Assembly: GCA_048941265.1 (NCBI GenBank)
Contig: JBHLNT010000010.1
Span: forward strand, 1 to 55,907
Direction: 5' to 3'
DNA from: Promethearchaeota archaeon
GTDB taxonomy: Archaea; Asgardarchaeota; Lokiarchaeia; Sigyniarchaeales; SOKP01
Length of the DNA: 55,907 nt
Within the stretch, counting starts at the first letter, position 1; each line of letters opens with the position of its first letter. This document shows positions 48,609 to 55,907 of this stretch, piece by piece. The position numbers and the translations under genes are program-made. Under the pieces are notes generated by a model. That model did not search any database, had not been told where the DNA came from, and worked only from the letters and a program-made list of their open reading frames with translations.

Positions 48609-49547
48609 TTACAATTTGCTCTTGATCTGCTTGGCTCTACTTCTAAGTGTGACTTCCGTTATCTTTGCTACATCAGCTACTGCTGATTGGGTTTTGCGCA
48701 ATGAACCGTCTTTAGCTGCGATATAAATACAAGCTGCGGCTAAGCCCTTAGGATCTTTACCAGTACGTTTCAGTCCATTTTTCGAAGCTTGTTTCAGCAT
48801 ATCAATAGCAGTTTTTTGAATATTCATTGGCAAACTGAGCTCATTCCCGAAACGAAAGATCAAACTTTCTGCGGTGATTGGCTGATATTTTAGATTTAGT
48901 TCGGGTAATACTTCTCTTATGATCATAGCTAAACTTCTATGAACAGTTCTCCTTGGAGTTAAAGAAGCTTCACATACCTCATCAAGTAAACGAGGAAAAT
49001 CATGAACTCGTATTGCGGCATATAATGCTCCTGCAATAAATCCATTAATAGATCTTCCCATAGTCAATTTTTTCTTAGCAACAAGAGAGTAAATTTTCCA
49101 AGCACTATCAGAAATATATTCTGGAATACTTAACTTAGAACAGAGCATTTTTAATTTGGGCTTTGCTTCCCAAAAATTTCTCTCGATGCTTGAAATTAAT
49201 GAATTTTGAATCTTAGATAATCGTGAAAAGAGAGCTTGTTCTTTTGCTCCGATTGATTTTCCTTTCGAATCTGTTTTGGTATTTGGTAGCATAGTTCTCG
49301 GTCCAAAATCCCGCCAGCGCGGCTCGGTTCTTTTCCGATTCTGAATCTCCTCAATTGTATAGGCCCTTCTCTCGTTTCCTACAAATTCTTTTTGAAAAAT
49401 CATCCCGCAATTTAAACAAACTCGATTACCATCTCTTAAATGAATTGAGGGTTCCTCACAACAATCAGGATTGTTTTTAGGTAATTCTCCTTCTTCAAGA
49501 ATATTATTCCTATTATTTCTTAAAAATAATCTACGATTAGGTTCCAT
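48609..49547 (-). CDS. tfb: Transcription initiation factor IIB (TFB)
   Basis: Zn ribbon CC...VCLNCG, ERRAY B-reader-like segment, ERN, GRS...ALYAA.R...PR.LDE, GKDPKGLAAACIYIA, TQ..VA.VA.ITEVTLR. Confidence 0.92.
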   Translation of the reverse strand: MEPNRRLFLRNNRNNILEEGELPKNNPDCCEEPSIHLRDGNRVCLNCGMIFQKEFVGNERRAYTIEEIQNRKRTEPRWRDFGPRTMLPNTKTDSKGKSIGAKEQALFSRLSKIQNSLISSIERNFWEAKPKLKMLCSKLSIPEYISDSAWKIYSLVAKKKLTMGRSINGFIAGALYAAIRVHDFPRLLDEVCEASLTPRRTVHRSLAMIIREVLPELNLKYQPITAESLIFRFGNELSLPMNIQKTAIDMLKQASKNGLKRTGKDPKGLAAACIYIAAKDGSLRKTQSAVADVAKITEVTLRSRAKQIKSKL

Positions 49548-50100
49548 CTTTACCCTTTAAATATTATCAATTATAATTTATTTACAATATTGGCCAAATA
49601 CTTTATATATTAGACCTACCACTTTCTACTTAAGTTAGAATATAAGATGCGTATCACATATTTAAATATTATTGTCATGTACAAAAAAAATTGTAAAATT
49701 TTTATTTATTTAGATGTTCGTTTAAGTAATTTGTATAAAACTTTCACATTTTTATTGGAATATTTGAACATTATTTACAATTATTTAATATTACATAAAG
49801 ATTGTTCATATTCTATTTATTTTGCTCAAAATAAGTAATTATCTAAAGGTCTTTTATAATCATTTCCAACAATAATTCAAATTTTTCAATGTTTTAGATA
49901 TTGTTTTTATTTTATTCATACTTAAATCCAGAATTCTAATTATCTTTAATTGGCTGATAAATTGAGGAAAATCTTTTAATCCTTGGTTTTATTCCTTGGT
50001 TTTTCCCTTGTTTCCCATTTTTGACTCAATTTGAAAATTTTTACTTTTATCTAAACGTTAATGAATGTTTAAAAAAAAGTTTAAAATAATAATGATCTTA

Positions 50101-50571
50101 TTATTCCTTCTTCTTTCTACGTTTAATTCTTTCTAATAATTCTACAATAGATCCAAACTCTTTCTCTGAATCCATATAAGTAAACCTAGTACTAAATACA
50201 ACACCTGATTGTAAAATATTTATTCCTTTCTTTTCAAATTCTTTAATATATGAATCGGTATCTTCAACGTAAATAGCAATGTGATGAAGTCCTTCTCTAC
50301 CTTGATCTAAAAATTCCTTATAACAACATTTTCCGTCAATCCATTTAATTAATTCAATTTGAGTATTTCCTAAACGACTGAAAGCCAATTGGATTGAAAT
50401 CTTAGACTCTTCCCCACGGAATTGGACGGTATTAGTCGCTTTTTCTCCGAATATAAATTTTGAGAATCCAAATAGGTCTTCCATTAATTCAGCCTGTTTT
50501 TCTATATCTTTAAAAACAAAACCTAATTGGTCAACCCTTAATGATTCAAAATTAATTTTAAAATCACTCAT
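50101..50571 (-). CDS. VOC/glyoxalase family protein (methylmalonyl-CoA epimerase-like)
   Basis: DQLGFVFKDIE, QIELI, EFLDQGREGLHHIA, VELLE. Confidence 0.85.
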   Translation of the reverse strand: MSDFKINFESLRVDQLGFVFKDIEKQAELMEDLFGFSKFIFGEKATNTVQFRGEESKISIQLAFSRLGNTQIELIKWIDGKCCYKEFLDQGREGLHHIAIYVEDTDSYIKEFEKKGINILQSGVVFSTRFTYMDSEKEFGSIVELLERIKRRKKKE

Positions 50572-50968
50572 CTATTTCACCATGATCTTTTATTGAATTT
50601 AGTAATTAAGAGTTATTTTGTTAAACTTATAATTATATTCAAATCGTAATGATAACGACTTATTTAACTATCTCATCGAGTTCGAAAGAAAGAAAAATGA
50701 GATTGATAATATTAATAACGAGAAATCTGAAGTGACTCATCTGGATTTTACTTAAATAATATTATTTCTTCTACTAATTGGTGTGATTATACTACTTGTT
50801 AATAAAATCTTGATGATTTTGTCAAAAATGGATCTATTTCTCAATACATAAAATTTTTCAGAGTCTTTAACTCAGAATTTAATCTATTTTTTATTACCCC
50901 AATTATTAATAATTTTGAAAGATTTTTGGTTTTAAATAGAAAAATCAAACTAATTTGAGGAAATCAAG

Positions 50969-51484
50969 ATGGATTTCTATGAGGTTGTGAGAAAAAGAAG
51001 AAGTTTCCGTGTTTATAAATCTGATATGCCAGAAAAAGAAAAAATTGAAAGAATTTTAGGCGCAGCGAGGTTGGCTCCAACATGGGCGAATATGCAGGGA
51101 GTTCATTATATAATAGTTCAAGATTCAGAAAAAGTACAAGCAGTTTGGAAGGCAGTGGGACAAAGAAGGAAATTTGCAGAAGCCCCTATGTTTATAGTGG
51201 GGATTATAAAAGAGAAAGGCTCAGGTATGAATTCAAATGGTGAAAAATATTATGGAGTAGATTTTGGTATTTGTTTTGAGCATTTAATCTTAGCTGCTAC
51301 TGCTGAAGGATTGGCTACTTGTTGGATAGGCTTTTTTAATGAGAATAAAATCAAAGATATCCTTGGAGTTCCAGAGGAGTATCGAGTCTTGGGACTTACA
51401 CCTTTAGGGTATTCTACAAAGGAGAAGGAGAACGTTTCTGATCGAAAACCATTGAGCAAAATAGTTCACTGGGAAAAGTTTTAG
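50969..51484 (+). CDS. Nitroreductase family protein
   Basis: RRSFRVY, AARLAPTWANMQ, LILAATAEGLATCWIG, PLGY, RKPL. Confidence 0.92.
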   Translation: MDFYEVVRKRRSFRVYKSDMPEKEKIERILGAARLAPTWANMQGVHYIIVQDSEKVQAVWKAVGQRRKFAEAPMFIVGIIKEKGSGMNSNGEKYYGVDFGICFEHLILAATAEGLATCWIGFFNENKIKDILGVPEEYRVLGLTPLGYSTKEKENVSDRKPLSKIVHWEKF

Positions 51485-51740
51485 CCAAATTTTTTTATTT
51501 TTTATAGTTACTAAGGAAGAAAAACAGAAATTAAAGAGATATTTTTCTTTTTTATACACTTATGTAAGAAAACATAAAAATTGTTATAAAAAATTTCTAG
51601 TTTTGTACATTTTATGTAAAAAAATGTGCATAAAAATTGCAGATAAGGAATATCTTTTACGATATACTTAAATATATATCTAGCACAGTTATCAATAATA
51701 ATTAAAATTTTTATCTAATAATAATAACTTTCAAAAGAAT

Positions 51741-54700
51741 TTGGCGAAAAAAGTGGTCAATTTTAATAAAAAGCAAAAGATTGCTTTCACATTAATTTCC
51801 ATTATCTTATTTTCTGGTTATGCGCCATTGCTAGCAGATTATCTAAATAGATTTAATCAACCAAATGACGACATGGAAAATGGATTTGATCCAAACTTAG
51901 CGTATTATTTATATGAAAATAATGTCGTTAGCAAGTACAAATTTAATGCTGAAGGAGAATGTTTTATAATTGTAGAAATTGAAGACATAAATTTTACGTA
52001 TTTTATACTGGATGGCCAGATTTACTATGTGAGTTATGGGTTAAATATTATTCCTATTAACTTTGCTAATCCTAATGAGTCCCATAAAATTCTTATCGAT
52101 CCCTCTACTCTTGAATATTTCAAATCATTGACAGTGGAACCGCTTTTTTTAGCGACGGGTACGTTAGAAACTTCAAGAGATCTAGATTCAGTAATCAATT
52201 TTCAAGCGGGAGGGCCAATATCAATTTTAATTCGGCCAACGTTTGCTTATAATTGGTTATATGTAGAACTGAAAAATGCAAGTGGCGAGAGTACGCTTCT
52301 TAAGAGAATTCATGATACTGCAGATTATCCCGAAATTGATCCTTTATTTTATTGCTTATTTATTGAACGAGGTACTTATATTCGTTATGATATCAACCTC
52401 GAGCCTGGGGCAAACAAATTAATATTGCGAGGAGATGGTCAGCTGGAATATAAAATTCTCGTCAATTACGATTGGGATAAAGATTATCTGAATGACGTAG
52501 ACGAGGTGCAACAAACTGATATGTATCAAGCGTTCGATTTGAATCCTACCATTCCCGACATTTGGGGCTTTTTTGAGAAATCAGACGAGACCGTGTTTTA
52601 TACCAGTATTGAAGAAGAGGATTTTACAGAGGGCTTTTTCAGTTTTTATATACCAGAAACATATACTAACAATAAGTTAAAAATAGAGGTAAATAGCGGA
52701 GAATATAAAGATTTTGTAGTCGATGATGATTACTCCTTTCTGGAAGGAGAGGTGCTCATCTCTGACCGTACTTCTCCACCTGATTCGGTATTATATGGAG
52801 ATTTAGAAGCAGGGTGGCATTATGTAAGTTATAAACATAAAGCCAATTATACCTCTGAAATTAAGTTTCTCATCAATAATGTTCCAATTAAAGTATTAAC
52901 TTTTTCGGAATTAAAAGATACAGATGGAGATGGACTTAAAGATCAGCAAGAACTTACCAATGGTTTAGATCCTTCTACAACTGATACTGATGATGATGGT
53001 ATTCCCGACAATCTAGACGCCTCCCCTTTGGCTAAAATCGAATTAGATCCCCAAAATATCTATGAAGTTGTTATTCCCACGGATCTAAATGATGATACCA
53101 TAATTGACTTACAAATTAAAAAGCCAATTAATGACTATTCTACGAATGGCAATCCTAGAATGTGGAGAGAGACTTATAATGTCTCAATTTATCCCGTTCT
53201 TCGAATGTTTGGTAATAGATTTGAAGTTCCATTTGGAAATAGTAACGATAGAAGACCAATAAATAGGCAACAACTCTCTGATCTTTATGGAAAGGATATA
53301 AAACTTCTTTTTAATTCAGATCCCAGTTATAGCGTATGGGGATTAGGAGATTCCCTTCCTACACAAGATCCTGATGATTGGGATAGCGAGGTTCATTTTA
53401 TTTTCCCAAAACCCGCAATGGAGAGTATTTCGTATAGTATAAGAATTCCCCATGGTCACAGTTCGAAGGTTGATGGGCGTTTGCATTTACGATTTGATCT
53501 TATTTGGGTGGTTACGCGTTATGATAGTATAACACATCAAACTTCCGTCTTGCATTATTACGATTTCGAAGAACCCATTATCGTTCAAACGATGACCAAG
53601 CGCGAAGTATCAAATGTCGAATACCTCTTAGGAAATCCTGATTGTTTTATTGAAAATCAAATTCTCTGGACACTCACTCAAAATCCGACATTGGGAACTC
53701 CTGAAGAATTTGGCGTTTCTGATGATATCGTAGGGCGCGGGAATGTGAATTCTTTCGATTTAGGCTACCACACAGCGCAGGATAGAATGAATACTCCGCT
53801 CAAAGCAAATGAAACGGAAGTACTCTATCTGGCAGGTTCGTATCAAAATTATGATATTCTCAATAAGATTCATTTGAAAACACTCTCTGATCCAGACTTC
53901 GCTACTACTCATCAAGGAGATTTTGAAGTGCACTTTAGTTCTTATGCAGTATCCAATCTGTATGAAGACCAAGATTATAACATTGGAGATTCTGAGATTC
54001 AAGGTGAGAATAAACTCCTTTATCAAATTTATCACCATGAAATTTCTGAAAACAATGATGTACAGAGAGCAAGTATCATGGGTATTCCAATTGCCATGGA
54101 ATTGTGTGCGAACTCGAAAGTGCTAAAAATATCAAACGCTCAAGGATTTAACGTTCCTCTCGACCAGATACCATGGGACGATTCACAATTAGGTCCTAGA
54201 ATAACGCTCCAACATCTTACCTATATAGAGCAAGATATTCAAAATCCAGGTGTCCCCAAAATAAATTTCGAACAAGGAGTTGATATCTGTAAAGAATTTC
54301 TTGATAATCGGATTGATGAGGTAGAGCATTCGAATTTCTTTTTTACTTCTCAGCCTGACATGCCGGCAGAATCATTCCACTCCTTTATTAATGAGTACTG
54401 GACTCAACTTAATTCGATCGAGAATAGTATGGGTTTACTTTCTGATCTTGTTTCTACTACATCATTTACCAGTTTAAAGGAGAGTATCACTTTGATCATA
54501 AATAAGATTGACAATTTTAAACAACATTCCTTTTCAGAATTGAGTAATTATAATGAGTTCTTTCAATTTACTCAGATCTTAGAACGAGATACATCGGAAT
54601 TATTAGCGTCATTCACAGAACTCGAAAATCAGCATTCGGTTTCATTAGATTTTGCCGAAATGTTTCTCGGATTAACCATGAATTGTGCTGAAGAAATTAC

Positions 54701-55907
54701 CGTAATTAGCGAATATTATGATGAAAAATTAGTAACCAAACTGGAAATTCTCGAAAAAAATCAGGGTACCGAAGACGAAATAGTAAAGTTAAAAGCAAAG
54801 ATAAAAAGTGTACGGCTCTATTTATTTTGTACAGGAGTAATCTGCGCTGCATTGGGGGTTCTAATGATAATTAGTGGTATCCAAGAATTAATACAATTAG
54901 CCGCCGGACAAGGAGAATTAAGTGATTTTGAATACGCAATGAGATTGGCTAAAGCAATAGGGATCACTGTCGCCGGTACGCTTTTAGCCGTCGAATCACT
55001 TTTATTAATCGCTTCCAGCCTCAAAGCAGCCTGGGCAAGTACCCTGTCAAAGGCAATTACATGTCTTGGAGTGTTGGCTTTAGTTGTATCGGCTGTACTA
55101 TTTCTCCTCGACTCTATTGAATTTTTTAAAGCATTATATGCAGGGGAGGTCGGTGCTGCTGAAATTGCTAATTTTGTTATGAGTGCTCTTTCTCTTGCTT
55201 CCACTGCAATGATTGTTGCAGGAGGAGCACTTTTAGGAGCCGGGATCGTGCTAGGATTATCCGTTGCTCTTGGCTTTTTTCTAGTGTGGCTAATAGACCA
55301 TCTTTGTAATGATCCACATATAAGTATTGTCGATGATTTAACTCAAGTGTATTTTCCCTCACAAACAAACACAAATATGAGGAGAAACGGTGGACTAGAA
55401 GTGGGAGATTATGTAGATTTTAGATTGGTTGTTGATAACGATGGAAAAAACCCTTTTTATATGAGGGGTAAATTTATGGTGTTTGCTGACGACTGGGAAG
55501 GAACTAATGAAGGGTGGAAAGGCGAATGGGAAGGCATTAATTGGTATACTGGTTCTGGTCGTAATTATGATGAGAGATTTACCTCTCAAATCACGGATGC
55601 AACTCCAGAACTTCAATTTCGATTAGAATTCCAAGCTGATTACCGAGAATATAGTTTTTGGGATGATATTTTTGGAGATGGGTGGTCTCGAGTTGAGGCT
55701 GTCAGGCAAACTGTCGAGCAATCATTAAAGGTACACGTGCTAGAAAGTAGTATTTCCTCGTTCTATAGTCACACAGATAGTTACTTTTCTTATGCGTCTC
55801 TCTTACACCAATTTACTAGTGCCCTTGAAGAATATAGATATAAAGATGCGTATGATTTTACACGAGAGACGCAATCACGTGTAGAAAATAGTAGGAAACT
55901 CACCTTA
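51741..55907 (+). CDS. Very large secreted/surface protein (>1389 aa, runs off the window) with Ca-binding TSP3-like repeats and an internal hydrophobic helical bundle
   Basis: Absent from the ORF track because it has no stop in the window. I translated it by hand with no stop from TTG 51741 (alternative GTG 51753) to 55907. N-terminal signal/anchor KKQKIAFTLISIILFSGYAPLLA; repeat DTDGDGLKDQQELTNGLDPSTTDTDDDGIPDNLD at 52917-53018. Confidence 0.88.
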   Translation, partial: MAKKVVNFNKKQKIAFTLISIILFSGYAPLLADYLNRFNQPNDDMENGFDPNLAYYLYENNVVSKYKFNAEGECFIIVEIEDINFTYFILDGQIYYVSYGLNIIPINFANPNESHKILIDPSTLEYFKSLTVEPLFLATGTLETSRDLDSVINFQAGGPISILIRPTFAYNWLYVELKNASGESTLLKRIHDTADYPEIDPLFYCLFIERGTYIRYDINLEPGANKLILRGDGQLEYKILVNYDWDKDYLNDVDEVQQTDMYQAFDLNPTIPDIWGFFEKSDETVFYTSIEEEDFTEGFFSFYIPETYTNNKLKIEVNSGEYKDFVVDDDYSFLEGEVLISDRTSPPDSVLYGDLEAGWHYVSYKHKANYTSEIKFLINNVPIKVLTFSELKDTDGDGLKDQQELTNGLDPSTTDTDDDGIPDNLDASPLAKIELDPQNIYEVVIPTDLNDDTIIDLQIKKPINDYSTNGNPRMWRETYNVSIYPVLRMFGNRFEVPFGNSNDRRPINRQQLSDLYGKDIKLLFNSDPSYSVWGLGDSLPTQDPDDWDSEVHFIFPKPAMESISYSIRIPHGHSSKVDGRLHLRFDLIWVVTRYDSITHQTSVLHYYDFEEPIIVQTMTKREVSNVEYLLGNPDCFIENQILWTLTQNPTLGTPEEFGVSDDIVGRGNVNSFDLGYHTAQDRMNTPLKANETEVLYLAGSYQNYDILNKIHLKTLSDPDFATTHQGDFEVHFSSYAVSNLYEDQDYNIGDSEIQGENKLLYQIYHHEISENNDVQRASIMGIPIAMELCANSKVLKISNAQGFNVPLDQIPWDDSQLGPRITLQHLTYIEQDIQNPGVPKINFEQGVDICKEFLDNRIDEVEHSNFFFTSQPDMPAESFHSFINEYWTQLNSIENSMGLLSDLVSTTSFTSLKESITLIINKIDNFKQHSFSELSNYNEFFQFTQILERDTSELLASFTELENQHSVSLDFAEMFLGLTMNCAEEITVISEYYDEKLVTKLEILEKNQGTEDEIVKLKAKIKSVRLYLFCTGVICAALGVLMIISGIQELIQLAAGQGELSDFEYAMRLAKAIGITVAGTLLAVESLLLIASSLKAAWASTLSKAITCLGVLALVVSAVLFLLDSIEFFKALYAGEVGAAEIANFVMSALSLASTAMIVAGGALLGAGIVLGLSVALGFFLVWLIDHLCNDPHISIVDDLTQVYFPSQTNTNMRRNGGLEVGDYVDFRLVVDNDGKNPFYMRGKFMVFADDWEGTNEGWKGEWEGINWYTGSGRNYDERFTSQITDATPELQFRLEFQADYREYSFWDDIFGDGWSRVEAVRQTVEQSLKVHVLESSISSFYSHTDSYFSYASLLHQFTSALEEYRYKDAYDFTRETQSRVENSRKLTL

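Noticed and set aside
49647-49838. 63-aa ORF upstream of tfb
   Set aside because: Extremely AT-rich with no RBS or motifs; likely promoter DNA.
49980-50020. Short repeats TCCTTGGTTTT x2 plus a degenerate third copy
   Set aside because: Too short and without spacers for a CRISPR array; low complexity and no supportable function.
50640-50870. Protein-like fragment (DLFNYLIEFERKKNEIDNINNEKSEVTHLDFT*) that might be a decayed LRR gene
   Set aside because: No convincing start, and the similarity is too weak to support without a search.

Overview
AT-rich archaeal chromosomal window. The archaeal assignment rests on two TFB/TFIIB paralogues, BRE-TATA promoters and GGAGG/GAGGTGA ribosome-binding sites. 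The gene-family style (23-aa LRRs, GPH transporter, URO-D-like protein, stand-alone 7TM protein) suggests an Asgard archaeon, probably Lokiarchaeia; this is inference. Bases 1-22.3 kb hold a di/tricarboxylate metabolism cluster: 2-oxoacid:ferredoxin oxidoreductase, an IDH/IPMDH-family dehydrogenase, two SdhA/FrdA-family flavoproteins, a TfrB-like Fe-S/CCG protein, MmgE/PrpD, a LeuCD-type hydratase and a PrpB-like lyase. Inserted in it is a 989-aa NLR-like protein (N-terminal helical region, NACHT-type STAND NTPase, LRRs). The rest is mixed metabolic and regulatory genes. The main oddities are: two tandem P-type ATPases with a SERCA-like scaffold whose M4 motif reads PINI/PINL (close to the P4 lipid-flippase PISL) instead of PEGL, with His at the D800 position; a >1389-codon secreted protein missing from the ORF track, carrying Ca-binding repeats and an internal hydrophobic helical bundle; two genes that appear to start at ATT; a tandem double MoaD/ubiquitin-like protein; a pair of RHH + Zn-finger paralogues; and a chained triple hairpin. 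I found no tRNA, rRNA, CRISPR array or transposase. All calls come from motif recognition by eye; no searches were run.
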